DNA of 51,699 bases from Eledone cirrhosa (taxonomy: Eukaryota). Below the pieces are notes generated by a model, which was not told the origin of the DNA, ran no database searches, and was given only the letters and a program-made list of their open reading frames with translations. This document shows, in pieces, positions 25,128 through 38,940 of the stretch. Made by a program: the position numbers and the translations under genes. The stretch spans positions 1 to 51,699 of the forward strand of contig CAXHJY010001171.1 of NCBI GenBank assembly GCA_964016885.1. The letters run 5' to 3'. The first letter of the stretch is position 1; each line of letters opens with the position of its first letter.

Positions 25128-25263
25128 CTCTCTGTTACTTTTGCCGAGAATAAGTAAATGACATAGTCACTACTTTAAAACTGATAGCAAATGGTCTTCT
25201 AAATGTTTTTAATTAAACATACAGTATATTGCCAAATATACTATACATACATACACATATATA

Positions 25264-26495
25264 CAGGGTGCGGACAATATTTGTTCGCAAGATTACTGTC
25301 TAGGAAAAAATAACACAGTAGTTTTATTTTTTAAGATATATTTATCAAACTTGGGTCAGTTTGTCTTCATGACTTGTTCTTTCGATCTCACTTGATAAAC
25401 CCACCATTGGCTTTGATGACGGCCTCAAGACGGCCTCGGAACTGGCTACAGGCCTTCGTCACTGTCCCCCGACTTAGGCCCCTAAAGGCACTTGTGATCC
25501 TGGCCTTCAGATCGTCTTTCGTATTGCAGCTAGATCTGTTGGTGTCTCGTTCCACTGCACCCCACACAAAGAAGTCAAGGGGGTTGCAGTCAGGTGAGCT
25601 GGGAGGCCAGATGTCAGGTGAAGTGTGGTCGACGAAGTTCTCTGAGAGCCAGGCTTGGGTCTTTCGGCTGGTATGGTAGGGTGCTGAGTCTTGCTGCCAC
25701 ATGTACGGCCTACCTGCAGCTACCTGGTCGATCAGGGCTTTACTACCTCGCTCAGAACGCGGATGTAGCCATCGGTGTTCAGCTTGTGGCCCTCAGGGAA
25801 GAAGTGAGGTGGCATGACGTCACCTAAGACCAATGTTGTCGCTGGAAACTTTGTCTGCATGACTCTGGGCGCGTCTTTGGATGAGACAGCGAGCCACCTG
25901 TTGTTCTGGGAGTTGATCTTCTGGTCTTGGCAGAAGTTTTTCTCGTCGGCGAAAACCACAGCATGTCTGGCTCCAGTCGATGTTTCAACTTGTTGATCAG
26001 CTTCTTTGCGTGCTTCAGTCGCTTTTCTTGCATCGCCTTTGACAGAAATTGTTCTTTCCTCATCTTGTATGAAACGTAGTGAATGTCTTCATGTACCACC
26101 AGCCTAATGAGCTTTTCATCCACGCCTTTCTCCCTTGCAATGGCATGCATCGACTTGCTAGGTTCATTGTTGATGATATCCTGAAGGCGTCAGATCGTCG
26201 ATCATGTTTCTCTCTGATGTTGCTTCGTAGTTGAACCCTGAATCTTCCAATTCCTTTCTGACCTTTTCCACCATTCTCCTGCTGATGCTGAGAAAGTCTG
26301 AAATTTCCTTATTTGTCCTCCCGGTGAGGATTCCACAAATTTGGAGGTTCAAAATTATTCATAATCTATTATTCTGAAAATAAATAATGGAAATATAGTC
26401 ACTGTTTTTATGAAGACAAGAGTGACAACGGAAGTAAAAAAAATTTGCATAAAATTAGCAGTTGAAAATTGCGAACAAATATTGTCCACACCCTG
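25264..26495 (-). mobile_element. Tc1/mariner transposon, DD37D (maT) family, full length
   Basis: 27-bp TIRs cagggtg(c/t)ggacaatatttgttcgcaa (25264-25290, 26469-26495); TA TSD on both sides. Confidence 0.95.
25388..26352 (-). pseudogene. DD37D transposase, frameshifted
   Basis: DEKNF, QQDSAPYH...SPDCNPLDF with 37 residues between the 2nd and 3rd Asp; split over 4 ORFs. Confidence 0.92.
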
Positions 26496-26690
26496 TATAT
26501 ATATATGTGTGTATAATATATATATATATATATATATGGTAATAATATATATATATATATATATATACGGTAAACATTGTTGCAATTCAATTCAAGCACT
26601 CAATGTTTTTTTCCACATAGGAGTGACGGAGTATATTTAGAATGAGAAAATGTGAAGTAGTTTCAGATGTTAAAGTCCTTTATTGGTAAT

Positions 26691-26765
26691 GCTGTAATAC
26701 ATATTTCAATGACGACAGTGGCTACACGATTCTGTGTACCCAGTGCTGTGACATCATCAGACAGC
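26691..26765 (-). ncRNA. Type I hammerhead with extended stem II, minimal stem III (family F)
   Basis: Minus strand: gctgt CTGATGA tgtcacagcactgggtacacagaatcgtgtagccactgtcgtcatt GAAA tatgta TT acagc; tail 26575-26690 homologous to 42695-42830. Confidence 0.75.
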
Positions 26766-27089
26766 TTCTTACGTTCTCACAGCAATCCAAAGTGAAACAA
26801 CGAGGGAACGGACAAGGCGTGTGTTCTTGTATCCCTCGTCTGTTCCCCTGTGAGCCACAATTCACATCCACCGGCGCAAAAAGTGATGGAACCATCCACT
26901 ACCCCAAACTAGCCTAGGCAAGTTTTCCTCACCCTCAACCAAAAATATTTTAGCACCTTGTTGAGCGCTTTATGGTGTAACCGATATTGTAAAGAAGCGA
27001 GCACATGTCTATATTGTCACCTTGGTAGCTTTATATAAAGTACATACCTGAGACATGTCTATATTGTCATTAGTCACCTTGGTAGTTCT

Positions 27090-28130
27090 TAACCTGTTCT
27101 TTTGTAGAGGTGTCATTTTCAGAGATTGAGCCTTTCCCCTTGCAGCAGCGTAAAATAATTTTGCATCTCTGGCAAATAATCTATTTAGCTGTTGCCGTTT
27201 ATGTGCTGTTGACTTATATTTTAGTCTTTCTGCTACAGTTTCTGTTTCAGGTGGTTTAGTTTGGAGTTTCAAATGCTAAATCTTGTATCTCGAAATCATC
27301 TTTCTTGCTTTCTTCTTAAATCTTCCTGATGTTCTCTATTTTGTATTTTATAATTACAGCGATTTATGAATTACTTCGTCTCAAGGACAACATTTTATTT
27401 TGTAAATTACACATCCACGTTGGTTTAGGTTTTCTGTTAGTATCTTGGTTGCATGGTTTCAGGTGTTTATGATAGGATAGCAATGTGACAGCTGAAACAT
27501 ATATCAAAATATTAATAATTTTTTAGGTTGTCTCCACACCTTTGGATAATTGTCAGCTATTTCGTTCACTGCTTCCAATTCTGATTTAGTGGGTTCTTTA
27601 CTGATTCTGGTGTTGTATGGTCTGTTAATCAATTAAGGCTGTGTATCTCTTGAGACATATCCCATATCACTTGTAATGTGTCCACAAATTTTTGGTGTTC
27701 TGTTTGTACAGTAGAATTATGGATTTTAGCTATGTTGTTGGTGTGCTACTGCTAGATTCAGCTGACCATTCTCTCTGTTCATTGGTGGAAGTTGGGTGAA
27801 TTTCAGCTATGTTGTTGGTGAACCGTTTATTGATAGATTTAGCTGACCATTCTCTCTGTCTGTCAATGGAAGTGGAATGATTGTCTTCAATAGTGTCATT
27901 CAGTTCCGTTAGATGTATCAATTTACATATAATGATACATTTTCCTGTTCATTTAAATATTTTGGGGAAAAGTCTAATTCTAGGTGTTTGGAGTTCCACA
28001 AAGTTTTTAGTCTCTGCAAAAAACCGAATGTTTGGGGGTCAGATTGTTCATATAAATCTTTGTTGAGATCCTAACTCAATTGTATACAATGGTTGTAGTT
28101 GCGATTTGGTTGAAGAAGACATGTTTTGCC
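27090..28130 (-). mobile_element. Highly decayed non-LTR retrotransposon fragment (possibly R4/Dong-like)
   Basis: Minus-strand pieces ILIYVSAVT and ERLKYK..RQQLNRLF...KLFY resemble the pre-RT region of RLE-type LINEs; no RT core seen. Confidence 0.35.
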
Positions 28131-28482
28131 ATGATGAGTTCGTCTATTCACTAATATTTGCATTTATTTTCAGAATACACGATGATCTTTAAAAGTTTCG
28201 ACACAGTTTTGTCATAATTAAATTTAAAGTTGTTCCCAGCTTGGGTAATATTTCCTTACGGCTAGTTTTTAATTCTACAACTGTATTTTAAACGTTTATA
28301 TTTAGCTTTTTCTTTTTGTTAGGTGAATCGTTTTGTAATGTTACTTAGTATGTTTCTTTATGAATGTAATATAACAACGCTGTATTTATATGTTAAAATC
28401 TATGTAACATTCATATAAATATATGTGTTGCAATATATTTACAGTTCAAACACTTTTGTAGAAATATTGTATGTAATCTTAC

Positions 28483-28758
28483 TGCATTCTGTAGATCAAC
28501 TTTTCCAATATATGGTATGTTGCCTTCATATAAGCCATAATTACACACGCCCAATCATCAAACTGACCACAATGGTTGCCATTAGTATTTATGTATATAT
28601 GTGTGTATTTATATGTACGTATGTATGTATGCTTATGGAAGTAAATCCAATCCATATGCCACCACCATAAACTGTTCCCCGATAGCAGTGAGCAGAGATA
28701 TGATCTGGGGGTGTCATGAACGTCAGAAGTGTCCAGCACCATAGGCTCAAGCACAAAC
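28483..28758 (-). other. Candidate (pseudo)exon
   Basis: ctctctgatAG acceptor, GCA|GTAAGA donor, 276 nt; hydrophobic reading LCLSLWCWTLLTF..GGGIWIGF interrupted by a microsatellite-like insert. Confidence 0.25.
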
Positions 28759-29304
28759 CTATCAGAGAGCTGTTGTTATTTTTCTATTAGCATTTACATT
28801 ACTCTACAATTATATTTGCCTGGTAAAGGTTTTATCTCCCATAATATGTAATCTAAGAAATTTTGATGACATTATTTTAAGAACAACCCCTTAACACTAG
28901 TACGAGTGGGCAGGTGTGACAGTTTGAAGAGAAAGACATGAGAAAATTCTGACTGTATATGGCTTGTTTAAATGCTAAAGGGTTAAACTAGAGAAATGAG
29001 TAGCATTACTGAGCCATCAGAAACATGAGACTAAAACTAATGAAAATAGGGCTTCACTTCACACATCTTGAATCACATGAAACCAAGACAGCATCATGTT
29101 AGAAATTAGTCTTTACGACAAATTTCACAACAATCTGTCCACATAATATATTAGTTAAAAAATAATTTTTTATTTCTAGCTTTGGTACACGTGTCTTTGA
29201 TTTCTTTGTAGAAAATGTTGACCCCAATTCATAGCCAGTAGTTATTTTATCTACCTCAGAGTGATGAAAGGCAAAGTGGGTTATTTCAGTGGGATTTGAA
29301 CATT

Positions 29305-30006
29305 TGTAGAACACGACTACACACATGTAGAACACGACTACACACATGTAGAACACGACTACACACATGTATAACACGACTACACACATGTATAACACGA
29401 CTACACACATGTAGAACACGACTACACACATGTAGAACACGACTACACACATGTAGAACATGACTACACACATGTAGAACACGACTACACACATGTAGAA
29501 CATGACTACACACATGTAGAACATGACTACACACATGTATAACATGACTACACACATGTAGAACACGACTACACACATGTAGAACATGACTACACACATG
29601 TAGAACACGACTACACACATGTAGAACACGACTACACACATGTAGAACATGACTACACACATGTAGAACATGACTACACACATGTAGAACATGACTACAC
29701 ACATGTAGAACACGACTACACACATGTAGAACACGACTACACACATGTAGAACACGACTACACACATGTAGAACATGACTACACACATGTAGAACATGAC
29801 TACACACATGTAGAACACGACTACACACATGTAGAACATGACTACACACATGTAGAACATGACTACACACATGTAGAACATGACTACACACATGTAGAAC
29901 ATGACTACACACACATGTAGAACATGAGTAAACACACATAGAACATGACTACACACATGTAGAACATGGCTACAGACATAGAACATGATTACACACATGT
30001 AGAACA
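29305..30006. repeat. 21-bp minisatellite, about 33 copies
   Basis: Unit tgtagaaca(c/t)gactacacaca; begins at the B-box region of a SINE remnant (29220-29300). Confidence 0.97.
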
Positions 30007-30381
30007 AAATGAAACACTTACGAGGCATAACTAAACACATGTCAAACATTTAATCAAACATTCCACCACTATCAGATGGATTAATAAAAAAAAAATAAGA
30101 ACATTTTATTTTTTAAAAATTTAATAATGTGTTTTTCTTTTCTTTCATGTTTAGTAGATTACATTTAATTATATTTTTCTTTTGTAATTAAAAATAGGAT
30201 TAAATATTTAATTAACAGCAGCAAATGTTCTACACTTGGACTACACTGAACCATTAACGATAGAATAAAAGAAAGAATGGTGTGGAACTACTAACAATAG
30301 AAATCCAAATAAATTATATTTTAAAATAACTCAAGTTTATCCCAATCATTAAAAAGAAACAAACTAAAAACAGTGTAATTC

Positions 30382-30418
<37 letters not shown>

Positions 30419-30697
30419 GTTTCTGATTTAGGCACAAGGCCAGCAATGATAATAATAATTATAAAGTTTATAAAGATTAAAAATAAAATGCATGGAAAAA
30501 ATTAGATCGTTTAACATCAAAGTTGGATACACACAATTAAACATGAATTCAAACCATAGAACAGGTGAGAAAGACAGGCAGGTGTGTGTGTATATGTGTA
30601 TATATATGTATGTATATACAGGAGAGAAAGGTAGGTAGATATAAGAGATAGAAAAGCCAAATGTGTTGTGTGTAAGTATATATATATATATAATTTT

Positions 30698-32228
30698 GAA
30701 CTTCAAGGACAGGTGGTATAACCACCATCATACCTTTATAAGGATAAACAAAAAGAAAAGTACGGCCCTTTCCGAACTGATTTGGTCCAAGGTTAGGGAG
30801 GTACCTCCAGACGGAGGGAGGCCTGCAACCTCTGTCAGAGTGAGACTCTGGAGATACTCAGAGGTGGGAGTAATCTAATCAACCTTAGGGTGGGAACTTC
30901 CCTCAAGCTATATGGATAGCAACCCCGTCACACTGAGCCCCCACGACACCAACCCCACTTCCTATATCAACATCTTGTCTCGAATAACATTTATAACACC
31001 ACTGAGACATACTTACCTAGCAGCTAGACCCATGCCTCACACCCCTGTGGTCCACCCTTCTCTCTCACTTCCTTATCTTGAACCCAAGTTAACAGACCCT
31101 AGATAATTAGCGAAGTGATGTACGTCGGCAGAGTCCTACCGTGTGCAACCAGGCACCCCACGTTTCCAACCACCGGGCCTCACCACCCAACCCCAGTCTG
31201 TGATCCGGTTTTCCGAAGGATATGCTACCTCAAACCTGACCCCTTTCGCATGCAAGAGTCAGTACTATTACAAGTAAATAAGACACACCTATTACTTCTC
31301 TCCCACTCCACTGAGAGGACATATGTGTCTGTGTCTACGTATGTGTATATGTACTTGTGTGTGTGCATGTATATATGTGTACGTAGTTATGTTTAGCTAC
31401 GGATGTATGTGCATGTATAGATGTAGGTATGTGTGTGCACCTATAGTTTTATGTGTGTACATGTATGGGTGTATGTTGATGGATCTTTGCGAGTGTGTAC
31501 TAAATGTTTAAAATACAGATTATAATTCTTAACACTTCTAGATTTTAACACGTGTTTGTTCTAGCACACACATTTATAACATCTCCCACTATAAAACCTG
31601 ACAGTATAGACAAGTACTGACACCACCAGAGGAACCCATATCAGTTTACCTACATAGATTCTTCCTTCACAACCTAATTACCACAACAGGGGGATTGTAA
31701 TTGACCTGCTAACAGGGTGAGAGTGATTGACCTGCTAACTGACCTGCTCACACCAATACCACTACAGCGAAGTAGGTCAACTGGACCAGTATATAGATGC
31801 AGTTAAAAGCAACTGTAACAGGCTGACCTGTTTCTAGGAGAAGTGACCAAAAAATTTCAATAGATTTATGGCTGGTGTGTTGATATGATATCTGACCAAT
31901 GAGGTGAAGATATCCTTCGGACGCTGGAATAGCTGGGGGGGGAGATATGATATCTGACCAATGAGGTGAGGGCATGTCCTTTGGACACTGGAATTCGTTC
32001 ATTTAAATCATATGCTTTCAGTTCCTTAGAGGACTAACACCACACTCGGGATCTGAAAATATCAACGGATTAACACGGTAAAATCTATTACAACATTATG
32101 TTTTTCTGTTCAAGTTCTAACTGCCTGATGAGGTCATAGATGTTGAATAATGGTCATCACTGAAATATATATAACAGCGAATATGAATAAACGAAGCTAA
32201 TTTTACCCTGTTGACTTACACTTCTTGT
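30698..32228 (+). mobile_element. Penelope-like remnant (endonuclease C-terminus, 3' UTR, HHR)
   Basis: FKDRWYNH..STALSELIW..CNLCQSETLEI at 30700-30880; HHR near the 3' end. Confidence 0.7.
32120..32178 (+). ncRNA. Minimal type I hammerhead, partly decayed stem I
   Basis: actgc CTGATGA ggt cata gatg...catc act GAAA tatata TA acagc. Confidence 0.65.
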
Positions 32229-32287
<59 letters not shown>

Positions 32288-32369
32288 GAAATTTTACAAA
32301 AAGAAATGTTATATGGTTTGAAGCAATGAAATCAGCGTGGCTGGGCATATATGGAGTTCTCCAAAACAA

Positions 32370-32605
32370 ATGAGGTCGTGTAGGTGTCACGACAAAAAAA
32401 CACACAGTCCATGCTGTAATGTGGCCGTGTAGGTAACACGGTAAAAACCTCCCAGCCCCACACTGTAAACGTTGTTGGTGTTAGGAAGGGCATCCAGCTG
32501 TAGAAAACCCGCCAGACAACCACTCTTGCCTCAAGTGGGAAAACTCCCGTCCAAACCCATGCAAGCGTGGAAGATGGACGTTAAACGATGATGATGATGA
32601 TGATG
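32370..32605 (+). mobile_element. RTE-type 3' tail / SINE tail
   Basis: Homologous to 22313-22560; (GAT)n tail. Confidence 0.75.
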
Positions 32606-32772
32606 CTGATCTCCTTCACTAATGATGAGTTGAGAAAATGTTTGAGATTTCTTTCTATAAAAACTACAATAAAATAATTTATGATATTCTGTCATTTCAC
32701 AACTTTAAAAAGACACTGAATATGAAATATCCAATATTATGACAGTGTGTGTGTGTGTATATATATATACAT

Positions 32773-32895
32773 ATATCCGTTTGTGGTTGACGGCTGAGAG
32801 AAAGGAGTACTCAATACAAAAGTAGAGCTTTAATGATGACCCTGTGATAAACAGGTGAAACTCCAGAGTAACAAGACTCACTATTTAGTCTTAAT

Positions 32896-32900
<5 letters not shown>
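32773..32900 (+). mobile_element. Family E inverted insert with truncated HHR
   Basis: 32834: TGATGA c cctgt gataa acagg t GAAA ctc ca gag TA acaag; 32773-32834 is the reverse complement of 14755-14812. Confidence 0.6.
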
Positions 32901-32939
<39 letters not shown>

Positions 32940-32940
<1 letters not shown>

Positions 32941-33138
32941 TCCTCAGTTAAATCAGAGGTAACCACAATAACTAAGGTACTCAATACATTAGTAGTGTGT
33001 AAACATCATGTTTAATATAGACATGGCTTCTACAGGACTAGAACTGTTTCATGATTTCCTTCAAATGCAAAAGTTCTAGTCCTGTATTAAACATGATGTT
33101 CACACCCTACTGTGGTTACCCTCAATTTTACTTGGGAT
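32940..33138. repeat. Family C fold-back insert
   Basis: Inverted blocks acaggactagaact / agttctagtcctgt and aacatcatgtttaata / tattaaacatgatgtt; homologue 37108-37217. Confidence 0.7.
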
Positions 33139-33149
33139 ATATATATATA

Positions 33150-35505
33150 CATATATTTAACAATAATTCCCAATACTATAATGAGGCCTTAGCTAAATCA
33201 GGCCATAAAAAATGGGATTGAATTCCTACATATAAAATCACATAGTTACAACATTATTTCTCACAATATAGCCACAAGGAAAAATAATAAAGGTACTAGC
33301 CACTCTTACTCTAAGACGAAGGGTAATATCAAACTTAACTCGCACCAAAGTAAACACCACAAAAATAATATAAACAGAAATACAAATACCTCAAAAGACA
33401 TTACAAAAAACAAAAATAGAAGAACTAATACATTCTTCAATCCCCCTTTCAATCTAAACGTCTCTACCAACTTGCCTAAGGCTTTCTTCTCAATCCTAGA
33501 AAAAAACTTCCCATCTGGCCACAAATACCATAATCTTATAAATAAAAATACCATTAAAATCTCTTACTCTACCACACCAAACAGCTAGTAGTAATAAAAG
33601 GAAGATTAATAATTATTTCCAACTAATTACAACACAACAGGAGGTAAACTTACAGAACAACATAGTACCTGTAAACCCTAGTAGCAATAGTAATAATGGT
33701 AATAGCACTAATGAAATCAATAACAATAGGAACAACAACCATCATTACCCTAATGCTATCCATAGCAACCAGACTTCTACACAACATAGTAACCAGCAAG
33801 CTAACACCCAGAATAAATGTAACTGTAGATCAAATAGAACTTGCCCCTTAGGTAATAATTGCTTAATCAAAGACATCATTTGCTCTTGCACTGTTAACAC
33901 AAACAACTCTTCTAAAACTTATATTGCCTCTACTTCGAACTGCTTCAAGATGAGATACAACTCGCACCTCCACTCTTTCAAAAAACACCTAGCTACAAAC
34001 ACTTTCTGAAAACTAGGAATAGACCATACACACTTCAATGGGAAGTAGTAGGTAGGGCCACATCGTATAAACCACCGAATAAATTATGTAACCTGTCTTC
34101 TAGAGACCCGTACTATAATCTTTTCGAAACTAGACCTCCTTAATAGAAAGTCAGAGATGTTTTCCTCATGCCAGCACCACTACCGACACTCATTCCATAA
34201 CTTTAAACCTAGCCGCTAGTATATAACAATGTCAGATTTGAATTCCCCACCACCTCTAACACTTCACCTCTAGGAATTTCCTTCCCCCACAGCATCAGAC
34301 TCTTTGATCTGCTCTTTCCTCTACACAACTCCTATTTATCTCAAACCTTATACTCTACAATAACTATTAGAAATAAACATCTAGTCACCACCTTTTAATA
34401 TAACTACTTTAGATTACTTATAATATATAAAGTAATGGATATATAATATGTAGAGACATTAAATGTAATATGTGATAATGAATTATATATACATTTATAA
34501 TTAAATATATAAATTAATAGCATTGTATATAAAGGATTAAATTATTAACATAAGGGATTTAACTAATTGGACATGTAAACAGCTATACATTGTTCCATAA
34601 CTTATATCTTGTCTAGTAATGGATAGATAACAATCTAATGAAACCTTTAATATATTATGAGAGAATAGACTGTATTTAAAATTAAATATAAATATATAAC
34701 ATTATGTAAAAGGGATTCAATTGTGACACTATATAATGTCTATTAGAGCAAAGAATTTAAATAGTTTAATTTAATGAGCTAGTTACATCCCTTACGCATT
34801 AGCTCCCCTTAATTTTGGATCTCATATTCACTTCCGGAAATTAAACCATTGGAAAATCTTGCCGTAGAACAACTCTAATCCATGAATATGAATACAATAA
34901 GACCAATTTACAATCCATTACTATAACCAACTAAAAACATTCAATACAAACATTAACTAAAATATAATTTAACATATGTAATGGATAGGAAATCAATAAC
35001 TTTCATATTCGCAACACATACAAATTTGAACTCTACAGAAACTATCGTCGCATTACATCCTCCATAATACACTAACATATTCGCTTAAAGTGCTTGTATT
35101 TTATGTAATACCTTGCCATACAGTATTTATTTATCTATTTATGCCTAATACCTTTGCTTGTTTCCTTCTCATATATCACTAACGCATGTGCACTCTCTAC
35201 GCGCTTGAATATGTATTGCTAGTGTCCTCAATGCCTCTTTAATTATTAGACTATTCTCTTGTATTATCTGTTGCATGTTTGTACAATTCTCGTAAAATAT
35301 ATGTTGCATCCATTCCACCCTGTAAATACTAAACTGTTGCTCACAACATCAATATATATGTATCTATATGATTGTTCAGTTGAATAGGAGGTTAATTATA
35401 TGTACAAACATTGATAATGCTCCGATGACTCTAAACGAAAGTTTGGTAGAAACGATTGTCAGCTATTAAATGATTTGAACATAACTTTGATAATTGTGTA
35501 TTTTA
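33150..35505 (+). mobile_element. Penelope-like element remnant (linker, GIY-YIG pseudogene, 3' UTR, HHR)
   Basis: FFNPPFNLNV..FPSGHKYHNLINKNTIKISYS, CNCRSNRTCPLGNNCL..TYIASTS.CFKMRYNSH, ATSYKP..LCNL (33420-34220). Confidence 0.85.
35415..35468 (+). ncRNA. Minimal type I hammerhead (U4C core)
   Basis: taatgct CCGATGA ct ctaaac GAAA gtttgg ta GAAAC gatt GTC agctatta; GNRA-capped stem II. Confidence 0.65.
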
Positions 35506-35601
35506 TATATATACATATATATATATAGAACAGCATGTATAATATAAAACTAACATTGCCGAATCTAAGAAAATAATTGCCTAAGTTTACTAAATGAAAA
35601 T

Positions 35602-35637
35602 AATAGTAGCAGTGATAGTAGTGGTGGTGGTGGTGGC

Positions 35638-35670
<33 letters not shown>

Positions 35671-36140
35671 GGTAGTAGTAGTAGTGGTAGAAGTGGTGGT
35701 GGTAGTAGTAGTAGTAGTGGTAGTACTAGTAGTAGAAGTGGTGGTAGTAGTAGTAGTACTAGTAGTGGTGGTGGTAGTAGTAACAGTAGTAGTAGTAGTA
35801 ACAGTAGTAGTCGTAGTACTAGAAGTAGCAGCAGTAGTAGTAGCAGTAATAGTAGTGGTGGTGGTAGTGGTAGTAGCAGCAGTGGTAGTAGCAGCAGTAA
35901 TAGTAGTAGTGGTGGTAGTGGTAGTAGTAGCAGTAGTAGTAGTAGTAGTAACAGTAGTAGTAGTAACAGTAGTAGTAGTAGTAGTAATAGTGGTAGAAGC
36001 AGTAGTACTAGTACTAGCAGTGGTAGTAGTAGTGGTAATAGTAGCAGTAGTAGTAGTAATAGTAGTAGTATTAGTAATAGTAGTAGTAGTAGTAGTAAGA
36101 GTAGCAGTAGTAGTAGCAGTGGTAGTAGTAGTGGTAGTAA
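35602..36140. repeat. (GTA/GTG/GCA)n trinucleotide microsatellite
   Basis: Direct inspection; poly-T and poly-V ORFs are artefacts. Confidence 0.97.
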
Positions 36141-36957
36141 TCAACTAGTGTTCAAGTATACTGGTCCCACGTGAATGGAATCATTAAAACAATAAAAGAA
36201 ATTCTCTAGGGCCAAAACTGTTTGTTTCTTAAAATTAATTGTTTCTACTTCAAATATAAAATAACATTGTTATATAAATATATATATGGCCCACCCTTGC
36301 AAGCAGGGAAAAGCGCACGTAAAATGATGATGAGTACCTTTGGAGTTATGATAAACATAAATTTATCCCTTTCATGTTACATTAGCTTGAACTCTGATAT
36401 AATACAATAACATAAATCCTTTAAAATTTTATAGTCTAAAATCTTATGTCATTTGATTAATTGACTATTTCTAATTAACTTAAGATTTGAAAATAAACGG
36501 TCATGCATCATATGCCTAAATATTCTTTCCCCCTATCTAATTATACGCTATTTATATGTTACAATGCATATCTTCCTCCCTTTGTTTATACGATTTAACT
36601 TATTTTCCTCTCTCTATCATTTGATCATTTCTCCCTTCTCTTGTTCCTACGGTCAAATCTTTTTTTTCTCCCTTTCCTCCTGATTTGCTATCTCAATCTC
36701 TCACTTCCACTATCTGCAATAATGAGGTATGAATATATTATTATTATTTAAATTTTTAACAGTTATATAAGTTTATGTATTATATATTATTAGTTATTTA
36801 TATATCTTTTTACACATTCTCATACGCACCCTCTGTATTATATGTAATTTTTCATGTTTCAACTTAAGGTATATAAATATCGAGTTTTGTCATAACTAAT
36901 CACTGCCATGACTAAATTATAACCATCAACATAGTCAAGGTATGTCAGGCATCAACT

Positions 36958-37023
36958 TATTTTATCTGATGAGGACGTACTGTTGAAATAGCTCAGTACC
37001 TCTGAAATATGTATAATAAAATA
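36958..37023 (+). ncRNA. Minimal type I hammerhead
   Basis: tattttat CTGATGA gga c gtactg[11 nt]cagtac c tct GAAA tatgta TA ataaaata; 8-bp stem I; ends a non-coding tract from about 36335. Confidence 0.8.
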
Positions 37024-37049
37024 TATTTGATCACATGAATGTCTATATT

Positions 37050-37085
<36 letters not shown>

Positions 37086-37299
37086 TATATAGAGATGTAA
37101 TATATGTAATCCCGAGTGAAATGAAGGGTAACCACAGTAAATAAGGTACTCAATACATTAGTAGTGTGTAGACACCATTTAATACAGGACTTCTACAGGA
37201 CTAGAACTGTTTCATTGGTTGCAATCACCAGAAACACATTCCTAATTATTTCATACGAATGAATGCCATTTCTACATTAAATTTGTTGTAGCATATATA

Positions 37300-37485
37300 T
37301 CGACAATCGACTTTCGTCAAATCGGACCAAGGGAACAATGTTTCCATTGGTCTTTCCAGTTGCTAATACTATCTATCGGTCGCAACTCCAGGTAGAAGGA
37401 GCAACGTGAAATAAAGTGTCTTGCTCAAGGACATAACATATTGCCCAGTCCAGGAATTGAACTCACAACCTCATGGTTGCGAATT
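37300..37485 (-). mobile_element. tRNA-derived SINE with alternative tail
   Basis: Head gagttcaattcc...cttgagcaagacactt like 38603, tail homologous to the 95-bp satellite unit. Confidence 0.75.
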
Positions 37486-37633
37486 CCCTAACAACAATAT
37501 ATTTATATATATATACATACATATAATAGATAAAAGAGGGTTTTATTCGTACATCTTTATTACACTGCATGTTTTCATCAGATAGTGTACACACCACGAG
37601 AAACCAGTAACATATCAACAGATAGAAAACTAC

Positions 37634-37700
37634 ATCTGATGAAAACATGCCAGGGGTTATCATATAACCACTCTGGCATCTTTGAAATATGTATAATAGA
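37634..37700 (+). ncRNA. Hammerhead with long stem II, stem I largely missing (family G)
   Basis: at CTGATGA aaa c atgccagg ggttat cat ataacc a ctctggcat c ttt GAAA tatgta TA at; inside fold-back insert 37523-37870. Confidence 0.65.
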
Positions 37701-38452
37701 ATTATGTAATAAAATGAAGATGTATGAATAAAACCGTCTCTATTATTTATTATAGTAAAACACCATTTGATACCTTACAGAGAAAATCCTAAGGAATACA
37801 AATCGTAGAGTGCTTTATGTCTGTTTACGAAAAAGTTAGCAGATTATATGATCAACTTTCATCAACTGAATTATGTATGCATGTATGTATATATATATGC
37901 ATGCATGCATGTATGTATGTATGTCATACTCCCCGACATTCGTAGCCCCAGTTATTTGTGGAATTTTCCTTAGACCCTAACCAATAATTATTCATGAAAA
38001 CCACCAAATAATTGCGGAATCATAGATATCTTCTGTGATTTTTTATGGCTTTTTTTGTGGCAATATATATTATTTTAACACTAAATTATCAACAACAATA
38101 TACCGTATTTGCTGGCCTATTGGACGCACCTTCACATAAGACTCTTCCTCTTTTTTTTTTATTATATTTTACGTCATATTTTGACATTTATAGGCATTTT
38201 TATGGACCACATCCAATATTGGGGCTTTTTCACTGTTCGAGGGTGTTCTCGGAACATAACTCCTGCGAATACTGGGACATAATAGTATATATATAGTTTG
38301 ATAAGATACCCTTGTAGATTCCATCTAGCTCTGCAATTATACACTCACGCTTAATGAACTTAGAAAAATCACATTATGTTGTAAATAGAAATTTGCAACC
38401 TACAATGGATACTATATATATATATATATATATACACATACACACCAAAAAA

Positions 38453-38940
<488 letters not shown>

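Noticed and set aside
29099-30049. 316-aa repetitive ORF
   Set aside because: 21-bp minisatellite that lacks stops in some frames
35590-36148. Poly-Thr mucin-like / poly-Val ORFs
   Set aside because: Trinucleotide microsatellite with no splice or domain context
37927-38282. Old pogo/Tigger-like MITE
   Set aside because: Terminal inverted similarity too weak to call by eye
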